IMG/VR virus record: IMGVR_UViG_3300021086_000009
Location: 1-41,983 of that record
DNA length: 41,983 nt
Reading direction: 5' to 3' (one strand)
Origin: a virus
Taxonomy: Duplodnaviria; Caudoviricetes
The notes under the pieces were generated by a model, which saw only the letters and a list, made by a program, of their open reading frames with translations, ran no database searches and was not told the DNA's origin. Positions 27,659-37,309 of the stretch are shown in pieces. Position 1 is the stretch's first letter, and every line of letters begins with the position of its first letter. The position numbers were made by a program, and so were the translations under genes.

Positions 27659-28732
27659 ATGCCTGACCAAGACCCGAACGCACAGCAAGCATCCATTCTC
27701 CCGCAATTCATGCAGATGTTGATGCAGGGCGGCGGGCAGCAACCGCAGCAAGCTCCTGAGATGCCGCAGCCTCCGGCAGGCGGAGCTATGCCACCGACTA
27801 GCCCAGTACAGCCTAGTCAACCAGGCGGGTTTGACCTGGCCTCAACAGTGAAGCAGGTTTCCGCGCTGCCGGAGTTTCAGGGGCCAAGCCAAAGCTTAGA
27901 AGGTATTGCTGGACGCGAGCGTGGCGTCGAGCAGCAGATGAAGGATTTACCCATCCCGCAGATGGGATTCAAGCCTCACTTTGGCGGAGGATTTTTTCAT
28001 AATTTGGGGCAGGCGCTCATGGTACTTGGGGCTTCCACGGAACCAGGTCAAGCAGTACAAGGTCAAATCTACGGTCCAGATATTCGCAAGTACGGAGCGC
28101 AAAAACAGGCATTGGCCGGGCAACTCTCCGCGCTGAAAGACCAGGAAGCTATCCCCACGGAAGAATTGCGTGCGACTACGGGACTTACGCAAGCCGCCGG
28201 ATTGGCGAGTTATCGCGGACAACAAGCGCAAACGAATCGGATGCGCGTAGATGCCTACTCGCAATCCATCAAAGACCGTGCGCAGAACTTTGCCGCTACG
28301 CAGGACTGGCGCTCGGCTTCACTCGATGAGCGCAAACGCGCGAACGTTGTCAACGAAGCACAGAAAGCGGCGGATGAGGCAGGACGCAACTACCGTGCCC
28401 AGAATCGTGACGCGACGATGGAAGAGGTTGCGCAGATCGTCACCGGCACCAAGGCGCAGATTGCCAACGAAGCGGCGGCGCGCGACCCCAGCGTGAAGTC
28501 TTGGCTGTTCAACGCGCTAGGCGTAGACATTCCGCAAGTGCAGAGTGCTCCGTCGCCAGAGTTCCGTGAGACGCCGAAGGCTAAGCCTAATGCCGCGCCC
28601 GCGAAGCCAGCAGCCAAACCAACTGCAAAGCCGCAAGTCGCAAGCGGAGGTGCAGCCCCAGATGGAACGGTAATTAAGATGGCAGACGGTAGTACCCGCA
28701 TAAAGAAAGGTGGAAAGTGGGTTCCACAGTAG
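27659..28732 (+). CDS. ejection-like internal virion protein
   Basis: Q/A-rich helices; C-terminal PDGTVIK..G..KKGGKW motif. Confidence 0.65.
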   Translation: MPDQDPNAQQASILPQFMQMLMQGGGQQPQQAPEMPQPPAGGAMPPTSPVQPSQPGGFDLASTVKQVSALPEFQGPSQSLEGIAGRERGVEQQMKDLPIPQMGFKPHFGGGFFHNLGQALMVLGASTEPGQAVQGQIYGPDIRKYGAQKQALAGQLSALKDQEAIPTEELRATTGLTQAAGLASYRGQQAQTNRMRVDAYSQSIKDRAQNFAATQDWRSASLDERKRANVVNEAQKAADEAGRNYRAQNRDATMEEVAQIVTGTKAQIANEAAARDPSVKSWLFNALGVDIPQVQSAPSPEFRETPKAKPNAAPAKPAAKPTAKPQVASGGAAPDGTVIKMADGSTRIKKGGKWVPQ

Positions 28733-30543
28733 CGCCAATTTATTCAGACGTTCCTGAAGGTTCTGAGGTCGTGTCTCACGGCCACAATTTCACGGACGTT
28801 CCAGAGGGAGCGCAGATCGTAACGCCGCAAAGTGGCCCTAGCACAACAGCCGCGTCTGCCCGTGAAGGGGCACTTGGATTCTTCTCTGGGATGGGCATCC
28901 CCGAAACCCAGCATCCGGTGAAGGATTTATTCAGCGGTGCATTGAATCAACTCGGCACGATGATGGGAGCTAAGGCATGGCAGGGACAAGACCCCTACGG
29001 CGTCGAGGCGTTAAAAGCAACTCCCCCAGCTGCAATGGCCAGCGCGGGTTATGGGGCACTCAAGGATATTTACGGCGGCGGTACTCGCGGCGGGATTAGT
29101 CCAGACACGCCACAAGTTGCGCACGGCGTCGGAACACTTGCCGGAATGGGCACCGGATTGAAACTCGCAGATGCCTTTGGTGGCGACGATGCGCTGAAAA
29201 CAAAAGTCTCCGACGCTCAAAAAATTATCAATCGCCATCTTGCTATTGACCAAGGCAAAGTGCGAGTCGTAAACGAGATGGTACGCAAGCCGCTCGATAT
29301 GCTCAAGAGCAAAATCAACACCGAAGTTGGAGAGAGCGTGAACAGTGTTTTGCAAGCCGACGAAGCGGACATGATGCAGAAGGGCAACCAAGTTGGCTTT
29401 GTGGATGTATCGAAGGCCGCGCAGCAAGCGCGTGACGCGATGGGGCAAACCATGAAGGGCCTGACGGAAGGCTCAGAGTCCCAGATCATCCGCGCTGAAT
29501 CACGGCCTATGGTTCCGCTACGCGAGGCAAAATCTTTCAAGACAGACGTGGGCACAGCAGCCGCCGCGTTGCACAGAGCAGGCAGATACCGGGAAGCGGC
29601 GGCAATGGATGCCCTTTACGACGGTCTTAACACAGCAACGCAAGACAGGGCCTCGGAACTTGGCGGGCAGCACGGAAAGCTCTGGCAGCACTACATTGCC
29701 GAGACGCGAAATTACAAGACAATGCAGGGCGGGCTACTTGGGGAGTTGGAGGATGAACCAAACCATGCCACTGCATTGAGTAAATTGATTGACCCCAAGC
29801 GGGCTACGGAGTCAGCAGAGATTGGCCAGGCACTGAAGAAGTATGGTGTCGATGATTCTACATTTAATAAAGCCAAGACGTTGGGTGTCGATCTGGACAA
29901 GTACGCCAATGAAGCAAAAATGAGTTTCATTGGGAAAATTAAGGCTATTACCGAACACCCCTATGGTGCTACACCGTTCATAGTAGGTGCTGCGAAATTG
30001 GGTGCCGCTACCCATTTGCCCGTCATGCAGTTCGCGTTGCCCATCATTGTTGCTGGGAGAGTTTCCGGCTTACTCGACTGGAATATTACAAAGAGTCTAT
30101 TGAAGGAAATCGAGATGGCCTCGACGCCCGAGGCGGGACGCGTAAACCCTCCGCTTGAAGGCCCGATGGACAAACCTTCAGTTGCCCCACTGAGCGGGGG
30201 CAGTCCGCCACCAACTGCCCCCGCTTCGCCTCGCGGAGGGCCGTCTCCCGACGAGCCGCCGCCATCCACGCGCTGGAAGAAGGGCGGAATCAATCAGAAG
30301 GGTGTCGAGGAGTCTACCAAGAAGTCGTCATTAGCCGACCAGATTCAAGCGCTTCGCACAACCAACTATGATCTAAAAGAGAGAATGCGGCAGGCAGCGG
30401 GTACATCGGCATTTCCTGACGAAGAAGTGCAAGCAGCAGAGAAGCGGATGCAGGAAAATGCCGACCTAATTAAAGAATTGCAGAGCAAGGCAAAGCGGAA
30501 ACCGTCATCTAAGACTGGCCCCGTTTCTTGGAGGGTGGAGTGA
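28717..30543 (+). CDS. large ejection-like internal virion protein
   Basis: 608 aa helical; N-terminal DVPEG repeats; hydrophobic segments. Confidence 0.65.
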   Translation: MGSTVAPIYSDVPEGSEVVSHGHNFTDVPEGAQIVTPQSGPSTTAASAREGALGFFSGMGIPETQHPVKDLFSGALNQLGTMMGAKAWQGQDPYGVEALKATPPAAMASAGYGALKDIYGGGTRGGISPDTPQVAHGVGTLAGMGTGLKLADAFGGDDALKTKVSDAQKIINRHLAIDQGKVRVVNEMVRKPLDMLKSKINTEVGESVNSVLQADEADMMQKGNQVGFVDVSKAAQQARDAMGQTMKGLTEGSESQIIRAESRPMVPLREAKSFKTDVGTAAAALHRAGRYREAAAMDALYDGLNTATQDRASELGGQHGKLWQHYIAETRNYKTMQGGLLGELEDEPNHATALSKLIDPKRATESAEIGQALKKYGVDDSTFNKAKTLGVDLDKYANEAKMSFIGKIKAITEHPYGATPFIVGAAKLGAATHLPVMQFALPIIVAGRVSGLLDWNITKSLLKEIEMASTPEAGRVNPPLEGPMDKPSVAPLSGGSPPPTAPASPRGGPSPDEPPPSTRWKKGGINQKGVEESTKKSSLADQIQALRTTNYDLKERMRQAAGTSAFPDEEVQAAEKRMQENADLIKELQSKAKRKPSSKTGPVSWRVE

Positions 30544-30545
30544 AA

Positions 30546-31001
30546 TTACCTCTTACTTCTTTCGGCTGTATCAATTCTTTTCCGCAACTCTCTGAGCATA
30601 GCGCGGGCCATGCTGTAGTGCCTAAATGCAGCGATGGCTATAGGTGCCGCTCCAGAAGGCGGGGAGTACGCCCTGGCATCTTCGTACAAAACATCCTTCG
30701 TTTTAGCGTCGATTATTGTAAATGATTCGGAATGGTATCCAGCGGCTCCAGGTTCAGACTCATACCAGAAGCGCAACACAACATCCGCTGCATCAGGCTC
30801 AGACACGATCTGGAAGCGACCCCATTTCGTCAGTTCGTCGTGAGCTTTATCAAGTACGTCGGGCGGCCCGCCGACAAGTAGAACGTTCCTCGCCGTGAGA
30901 ATTTGCGACCGTAGCGGAGCGTACTCTTTCGTTTTGCGCGTAGCGAAGGATGGGACGGTGGCAAGAGATATGAATAGCAGGCCACAGAGAAGATATTTCA
31001 T
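30546..31001 (-). CDS. exported protein, moron-like insertion
   Basis: Signal peptide MKYLLCGLLFISLATVPSFA; KWGRFQIV..P..ADVVL; antisense to the late operon with its own promoter. Confidence 0.75.
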   Translation of the reverse strand: MKYLLCGLLFISLATVPSFATRKTKEYAPLRSQILTARNVLLVGGPPDVLDKAHDELTKWGRFQIVSEPDAADVVLRFWYESEPGAAGYHSESFTIIDAKTKDVLYEDARAYSPPSGAAPIAIAAFRHYSMARAMLRELRKRIDTAERSKR

Positions 31002-31008
31002 GTTAGCG

Positions 31009-31036
31009 AGCATATTCCCATGCGGTGCGCCGTCAA
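31009..31036 (-). promoter_or_regulatory. sigma70-like promoter, leaderless transcript
   Basis: Minus strand TTGACG-N16-TATGCT-N7-ATG. Confidence 0.6.
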
Positions 31037-31062
31037 GACGGAAGGAAAGGCGAAAGCAATAA

Positions 31063-31569
31063 ATGAAAGTGCTCTTTGTGTTACCTGCCGAATCCATCTA
31101 CGACCAGCAAAATAGGGTCATGGGCTGGAAGCAAACACCCGCGCCGCGCGACAAGCTGAAAAAGCTACGCGATGTAGCTCCACGACTGAAAGAGTTAGGC
31201 GTGCAAAAAGTAGTGTGTGCCGACCTCGACGGGCAAAGCGGCTTCTTTCTCGCGCGTAACGTAGGTGTCCCTTGTGAGGAGTGGCGCTCGCTGCGCAGAT
31301 TCAACTGGGGGAAATGGCACGGGCAGGGAACCACGAAGGCGGAGAAACTATTCTCAGAGATGCAGGAGCGCTGGAAGGAAAATCCCAACATCCCCATCCT
31401 GAGCGGAGACAGTTTAACGAGTTTCAAGAATCGCATGGCAGCCTCGAAAGAGAAGCTCAAAAAGAATGGCCAGGTCTACGCGGTTGTAGCGCCTGCATTC
31501 GTCATTGAGCAAATCACGGGAGCCGCAGGAAAGTTTGAGCGTGGACGCGTCTACCTCTGGGGCGATTAA
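31063..31569 (+). CDS. histidine phosphatase (PGM)-fold protein lacking catalytic residues
   Basis: Fold motifs kept (NRVMGW, FNWGKWHG, GDSL..F..R) but RHG is LPA and SHG is APA. Confidence 0.7.
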   Translation: MKVLFVLPAESIYDQQNRVMGWKQTPAPRDKLKKLRDVAPRLKELGVQKVVCADLDGQSGFFLARNVGVPCEEWRSLRRFNWGKWHGQGTTKAEKLFSEMQERWKENPNIPILSGDSLTSFKNRMAASKEKLKKNGQVYAVVAPAFVIEQITGAAGKFERGRVYLWGD

Positions 31570-31637
31570 GGCAGTACACATTCGCGCCGCTTGACGACGC
31601 CATAGGCCAGCAGACGAAGGACTGTCTCGACTGGCTG

Positions 31638-32195
31638 GTGTCAACGGTGAACACGCTTGTCGGGCAAAATCTCACTTTACAACAAGGCTTTACCGCCCTT
31701 TCCAATCCGCAAGTCAATCCCACGACTTCACAACTGCAATCAGTTGGTGGCCGTGTCGGGTCGCTGGCTACAAACTTTGGCTTTACCTGCCCGTCTACAA
31801 CCAGCATCAGCATATTCTGGGATGGCACTAATTCTTCAACCATCCTCCGTATCTACCGCGATGACAACACAATCGCAGGCCCATTCCCCGGCAATATCAC
31901 GATCACTGGGCTGACGGCAAACACGCAGTATTTCTTCTATCCCTATTTCGATGAAACAACGCAGACCGTGGCATTTGTGAGCACTACGGGAGCTGTTGGC
32001 TCGCCGCCAATCGCGTACACCGCAGCGACCATTGCGGTCGCGCAACAGCAAATACTACGCGGACGCATCCAGCTTGCCTCGAATCTCGCGGTAACCGGCA
32101 TCATCACGCCTGCCGCTGGTACTACGCCTGCCACAAATACCGGAGGTGGCGGCGGGGGAGTGGGCGTATTTCTGGGGACCAAACTAACGCGATGA
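31638..32195 (+). CDS. tail-associated FN3-like protein; frame is open upstream to about 31539
   Basis: TITGLTANTQYFFYPY FN3-type strand; Gly-rich C-terminus. Confidence 0.65.
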   Translation: MSTVNTLVGQNLTLQQGFTALSNPQVNPTTSQLQSVGGRVGSLATNFGFTCPSTTSISIFWDGTNSSTILRIYRDDNTIAGPFPGNITITGLTANTQYFFYPYFDETTQTVAFVSTTGAVGSPPIAYTAATIAVAQQQILRGRIQLASNLAVTGIITPAAGTTPATNTGGGGGGVGVFLGTKLTR

Positions 32196-33958
32196 GAAAA
32201 CTAGCCCTATTACTTTTGTTGTTTCCGTCTCTAGCCTACGCGCAGAGCGTGCGCTATCAGTCTCAGGTGACAGGACGGCTTGGCCCGATTGCCGGAGCCT
32301 CTGTAGCCGTCTGTACCCAGCCTGCGAATACTTCCACTACACCATGCTCGCCACTTGCAACGCTGGCGACCAGCACATCCACAACCAGCGGCGGAACGAA
32401 TCCCACTACTACAGACCAAAATGGAAACTTCTTCTTTTACGCCGCCTCCGGAAACTACACCGTACAGATTTATTCACCACAGATTACGTCGCCATTTGTT
32501 CAACCTGACACGCTCCTCGCATGCGGAGCGTCTGGAAACTGCACGATCACAGGAACCGTGGATGCAGGTAAGGACAACAGCATCTTCTGGGCAGGCAGCA
32601 CGCTCTATCCCACTTGCCAGTCAGCAGTCACAGCAGCGGGAACGACGAACAAATCCATCATCGCTATTCGCAGCGATTATGCGGCTGCGGCCTGCCCTGC
32701 AACCATCCCAGAAAACATAACGGTCGTCAGCTACGATGCGGTAAATAGATGCGATGTCCTCAACTCCACGCCGCCTTGCAGTGCCGTCTCCTACAATTTC
32801 GATGACACGGTAGTTTACAGCCAAGAAAAGCACCAACTGAATACATCACACCAAGACGCCAACGGCGTAACGCTGAATCTATACGGCGTGACTACGCTGA
32901 TGAATGCGACCGCAAACGGAACGAGCGGAATAGATGGAATCAGCGGCGAAGCAAACACTAAGGGCACACTCTCGGGAACCTTTGGCGCTTTGCAGGCCCA
33001 TGAAGCGGATGCGACATTGCGCAGCACGGGCGGAACGATTAGCAACGTGCGCGCTGGCATCTTCTATGTAAATTCCGATGTCGGCAGCACAACGGCAGTA
33101 ACCAACGTGTTCGGCGTGGACGCTCTCGGCTGCAATACGATTTCGGGAGCAGTGCCGACGAATTGCTACGGAGCATTCTTTCATCGGCAAGACCTTGCTG
33201 GAGTCGGAAAGGCCAGCGGAAGAAACTATTCTTTCGCCTCGGAAGGTCCGGGACTTTTCCAGTACATCAGTAGCACTGGTTTTGCCGGAATCGACATGGA
33301 GGCATCCAATCATGGAACGCACCATGTTTTGTTCACCAATAGCAGCAACCAACTTATTTTAGGGGCGGTCGATGCTACAGGCGGATTGCTTTTAGAGGAC
33401 TCCTCTGGCGGAGTCCAGCAAACGATTCTTTCTACCGGGACGGCGTTTGCCAAGATTCTACCGCTTCCAAACAATACCGTGGCCCTGACCGCTGATTGGA
33501 CATGTGGGACCGCTGGCACGGTAGCCTCTTGCGTGGCCGCAACTATTATCGGCTCAGGCGGCGGAGTGCCGCTGACGTTCACGCTCCCACTCATCGCGCA
33601 ATCCTACACGCTTGAATGCGATGGCGTAGTTGGACAGGCGACTGCGGCGACAGCGAATCAGTGGAACCTGCTTACCGCGACAAATGGCGCTACGAACGTC
33701 ACGGCCAGCTATTCAATGGCCACGGCTGCCACGGCTTCAGCTTACGGAGCGGTGACGGACCAAGCCTCCACCACGACTACTTTCCAGATTGCGCCTAGCT
33801 GGACCCTCGGCGGCACGGCTACGAAGATGCCATTCCACATTTGGGCCAAGGTGGAAGGCGCATCCGTTTCTGGAACAGTTGTCAGTTTGCAGCTTGTCGC
33901 GCCAACAGTAGGCGATCTTGTAACTATTTACAGAGGGACGGCCTGTCGAGTTTTCTAG
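32192..33958 (+). CDS. tailspike/tail-fibre-like protein with Sec signal peptide
   Basis: MRKLALLLLLFPSLAYA|Q; NPTTTDQNGNFFFYAASGNYTVQ anchor-like domain; 14 Cys. Confidence 0.75.
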   Translation: MRKLALLLLLFPSLAYAQSVRYQSQVTGRLGPIAGASVAVCTQPANTSTTPCSPLATLATSTSTTSGGTNPTTTDQNGNFFFYAASGNYTVQIYSPQITSPFVQPDTLLACGASGNCTITGTVDAGKDNSIFWAGSTLYPTCQSAVTAAGTTNKSIIAIRSDYAAAACPATIPENITVVSYDAVNRCDVLNSTPPCSAVSYNFDDTVVYSQEKHQLNTSHQDANGVTLNLYGVTTLMNATANGTSGIDGISGEANTKGTLSGTFGALQAHEADATLRSTGGTISNVRAGIFYVNSDVGSTTAVTNVFGVDALGCNTISGAVPTNCYGAFFHRQDLAGVGKASGRNYSFASEGPGLFQYISSTGFAGIDMEASNHGTHHVLFTNSSNQLILGAVDATGGLLLEDSSGGVQQTILSTGTAFAKILPLPNNTVALTADWTCGTAGTVASCVAATIIGSGGGVPLTFTLPLIAQSYTLECDGVVGQATAATANQWNLLTATNGATNVTASYSMATAATASAYGAVTDQASTTTTFQIAPSWTLGGTATKMPFHIWAKVEGASVSGTVVSLQLVAPTVGDLVTIYRGTACRVF

Positions 33959-33976
33959 GACGGTAAAACCAACACA

Positions 33977-36115
33977 ATGAAACGAAAACTGCTGTTTTTC
34001 TCGCTGCTTATGCTGGCGATGGGCGGAAGCCTGTTCGCGCAAATCCAAACACCAACCGTCGTGCGCTATGACGGCTACGTAGCCCCTCTGGGTGGCGGGC
34101 AACTGGCCAGCGTAGCTGTATGCGCGTCAGGTGGCTCTGGCGGGCCTCCCTGCTCACCCTTGGCCGTGATTTACAGCGACCAGTACGGCACCGCGCAGCA
34201 AAGCAACCCATTCACGGCCGATTCCCGCGGGCATTACATCTTTTTCGCGCCGGCAGCCAGCTATGCGGTACAGACCTACGGCACCGGCTACAGCACCGTC
34301 TTGAGCACGATCACGCTCACCGGGTCCAGCGGATCAGGGTCCAGCTCCAGCAGCCCGTCCAGCAGTGCATTTTTTCTCTCGCCAAGCTTCCTTGCCTGCG
34401 GGTCTAATCCAAACTGCTTTATCACGCCTTGGAATACGCGACAAATATCAAATTGTGGGTGGAACAACACTCAATCTACCATCACGTGCCCCTCGGGCTC
34501 ATTTACTAGCGCGGATGTTGGGAAACGCATCGAGGGTTCGTCAAGTTGCCTAGTGAGCTTGCCAGCTCCCCTTACCGTGGGCACGCAATCAGGAGCGACT
34601 GTCAGCGCGTTCATCAGTTCTTCGCAAGTCAGTATATCGAATCCAGCGACCGGAACCGTTGGCGCCGCCTCGGCAACGTGCATATTTTTGGGCAGTCTCG
34701 ACGATACGGCGCTATCTGCGGTAGATGCCGCAGCGCAACTCTCCCCAACTTGTCCAATCATTTATTTGCCGATGGGCATGGGGTCTTCCGTTCAGCCGCA
34801 CTTTTTTACTTCACCGCCAGCGTGCGAGGAGTTGCCGGAAATCTCCGGTGGGACAAACTTGAACTGGGGTTTTGAGGTTGCCGGGATGGGGCCCTATGCG
34901 ACGCAACTACTCGGTTGGCCGGATTACAACCTGGCGGCTTGTACGCATGGCGTCGGCGGGATTGCCTGCATGGGCGGTTTTCAGTTCTATTTCAAAGATT
35001 GGACGTTCACGGGTGGTTCGTGGGATGGCGCTGGCACGGCAACCGCCTTCGATTTGATTGAGTTGGGTGCCCTGCATCGCTATGCGAAATTGGAAAACTT
35101 CGGCATCACCAATTTTGCGGTGCAGGACGCGAACGCAAATTGCCTGCACGTCCGCAACGCCTATCAAGCCTATGGCTTGAACCTTAACGTCGAAAGCAGT
35201 TGCGGTACTGGCTTGAGAATTGAAGCCGGGACGGCGTTCGCGGGCTGCACGATGAACATCAGTTCATCCACGCAAAACAATGTATTCATCAACGGCGGAA
35301 CGCTGAATGTCGGCTGCGCGGTAAAACCACCCAGCACTGCCGGTACCCCGCCCTTGAACTTTGGGGCCAATTTCTTCGCCAGTATCAACGGGGATAATGT
35401 CAATCAGCCGTCCATCTATAACAACGGCGGCACGGCGAACCTTGAAAATACCTATGTATTAAACGCCGGAACGGGCGCAACCAGCAAATATACGATGTGG
35501 AATGTCGGCGGCACGGTGAACCTGACAAATTCCACCATCCTGCAATTTAATCATACGAGCAGTGAGGCATTCCACCAACAGGGCGGAACGCTCACGCTCA
35601 CTAACAGCTCTATTTCCAATACCACCGGCGTGGCTATCAACTTCGCGTCGGGCACCAATACCATGCAGGATGTTGGAATAAATACTTTTTCCGGCACGGT
35701 CATAGGCTCGGCCAACATTATCCCGGTCGGGGGAGGGTCGAACAGTTCCGGCATAACTACGGCGTCCACCAACTTCGGAGTGAACCTTACCGCGCAGACG
35801 GTTCTGGCTAGCGCTTTCTATCCTGCAACCCTGACCCTCCGCGTTTCCTCGCGTCAGGTCACAGCTGGAGTCGGTTGCGGCGCGGGCAGCAATACAGCGC
35901 TGGGAACGCTCAGTTGGACGACGGGCGGAGCGGCGCAAACCGCAACGATAAACACTTTAACGATAAGCGCAAATGGAACAGTCGGCACCAGCATCTTTCA
36001 GTTGATTCCAATACGTGCTGATTCGGGAACGGCGGTCACATTCACGACCACGAGCACCTTGGCGAGCGCGGGCTGTTCCACCACGCCTCAATATGCTGTG
36101 GATGCGATGCTATGA
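33977..36115 (+). CDS. beta-helix tailspike-like protein with Sec signal peptide
   Basis: MKRKLLFFSLLMLAMGGSLFA|Q; paralogous anchor domain NPFTADSRGHYIFFA; DDTAL...IIYLPMG...VAGMG beta-helix cap; GGTxNL repeats; 18 Cys. Confidence 0.78.
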   Translation: MKRKLLFFSLLMLAMGGSLFAQIQTPTVVRYDGYVAPLGGGQLASVAVCASGGSGGPPCSPLAVIYSDQYGTAQQSNPFTADSRGHYIFFAPAASYAVQTYGTGYSTVLSTITLTGSSGSGSSSSSPSSSAFFLSPSFLACGSNPNCFITPWNTRQISNCGWNNTQSTITCPSGSFTSADVGKRIEGSSSCLVSLPAPLTVGTQSGATVSAFISSSQVSISNPATGTVGAASATCIFLGSLDDTALSAVDAAAQLSPTCPIIYLPMGMGSSVQPHFFTSPPACEELPEISGGTNLNWGFEVAGMGPYATQLLGWPDYNLAACTHGVGGIACMGGFQFYFKDWTFTGGSWDGAGTATAFDLIELGALHRYAKLENFGITNFAVQDANANCLHVRNAYQAYGLNLNVESSCGTGLRIEAGTAFAGCTMNISSSTQNNVFINGGTLNVGCAVKPPSTAGTPPLNFGANFFASINGDNVNQPSIYNNGGTANLENTYVLNAGTGATSKYTMWNVGGTVNLTNSTILQFNHTSSEAFHQQGGTLTLTNSSISNTTGVAINFASGTNTMQDVGINTFSGTVIGSANIIPVGGGSNSSGITTASTNFGVNLTAQTVLASAFYPATLTLRVSSRQVTAGVGCGAGSNTALGTLSWTTGGAAQTATINTLTISANGTVGTSIFQLIPIRADSGTAVTFTTTSTLASAGCSTTPQYAVDAML

Positions 36116-36155
36116 AAAACTTTCCAGGCGAAATAAAGGAGCCACACAAACAACC

Positions 36156-37079
36156 ATGAAGAGGCTAAGTATTCTGTTTTTGCTTTGCGCGCTGCCCGTA
36201 TTCGCCCAAGGCCCAGCCATCACGCAACAGCCGGTCAGCCAAACCGTGCAGGCAGGGAATCCAGCTAGTTTTACGGTGACGGTCAGCGGCGGGCCTTGCC
36301 GCAGCTTATGGCTCATCAATGGCGCAGGGCATTACGGCTCTTTCGCTTCGACCATTACCTACACATTTCCAAGCACGACCTTGGCGCAAAGCGGAACAAG
36401 CGTGCAGGTGCAACTCTATGGCTGCGCGGCCGGCGCAATCAGTCTGCTCTCCAACAAGGTGACGCTCACGGTCATCAACGTAGTCACTCTGCAATCCATT
36501 GCGCTAACGCCCATCACTCCGATTATCGGCATCGGCCAGACGCAGGCGTTCACTGCTACCGGGCAATTCAATAACGGCTCGACGCAGGACTTGAGCGCGA
36601 CGGCAACGTGGGCCAGCAGTTCCACGGCGATTTCGCTCAGCCAGAACGTAGCCACGGGCGCGAGCATGGGCAGCGCAATCATCACCGCAACCTCAGGCGG
36701 GATTTCCGGCTCGACAGTTTTAGTTGTGCAGCCGCTCATCACAGTCAATTTTTCAGCGCTCTATGACGATGGGACCGTCCCGCAACTGCAACTAATCGTG
36801 AATCAAGTAACGCTCAATGCCGATGGCACTACTACTGCCGTAGGTCTTTTAGCGCTCACCCCGGATGCCACGGGTAATGCTGCTGGCTCGTTCCTGGTGG
36901 ACCCGGCGATGACCTACCAGGCAGCGGTCGTATTGAACGGCGTACCTATCAGTCCCAATGCGTTCTACCCCGCTGCTTTAATGCTGGCGACCATGCCCAA
37001 CATCACGAAGGCTAATTTCGGCCTTGTGCTGTTCAGGTCCACGGGATTGGTGAAGGGTTTTACGTCAGGCGCGCAGTGA
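36156..37079 (+). CDS. Ig-like tandem domain protein with Sec signal peptide
   Basis: MKRLSILFLLCALPVFA|Q; ITQQPVSQTV.AG..ASFTV (I-set-like); LQSIALTP...TQAFTATGQFNNGSTQDLS..ATWASS (Big_2-like). Confidence 0.85.
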   Translation: MKRLSILFLLCALPVFAQGPAITQQPVSQTVQAGNPASFTVTVSGGPCRSLWLINGAGHYGSFASTITYTFPSTTLAQSGTSVQVQLYGCAAGAISLLSNKVTLTVINVVTLQSIALTPITPIIGIGQTQAFTATGQFNNGSTQDLSATATWASSSTAISLSQNVATGASMGSAIITATSGGISGSTVLVVQPLITVNFSALYDDGTVPQLQLIVNQVTLNADGTTTAVGLLALTPDATGNAAGSFLVDPAMTYQAAVVLNGVPISPNAFYPAALMLATMPNITKANFGLVLFRSTGLVKGFTSGAQ

Positions 37080-37309
37080 AGTGCAGTGACCCGGCCTGTA
37101 AGCGGCGGGCCACGCGGGAACTGCGCAGCATCCCCATGTGCGAAGCCTATTACATAGAAGCCTTGGAGCATGGCGCGCATCTGGATTTCGGACAATGGGA
37201 CGGCAAGGCTGGCAGTTTGTATCTCGACGGACGCACCACGTTTTATTTAGAGATGTATCCACGTGAACCGGAGGCCCCCCAGCCGTTAACAATCATGGAG
37301 GCCAAGTGA
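37076..37309 (+). CDS. small Cys-containing protein
   Basis: GTGA overlaps at both ends; CSDPAC...MC. Confidence 0.55.
   Translation: MKCSDPACKRRATRELRSIPMCEAYYIEALEHGAHLDFGQWDGKAGSLYLDGRTTFYLEMYPREPEAPQPLTIMEAK

Noticed and set aside
36015-36155. 47-aa N-terminal extension of the Ig protein in the ORF track
   Set aside because: Overlaps the upstream gene; ATG 36156 gives a clean signal peptide and is the more plausible start
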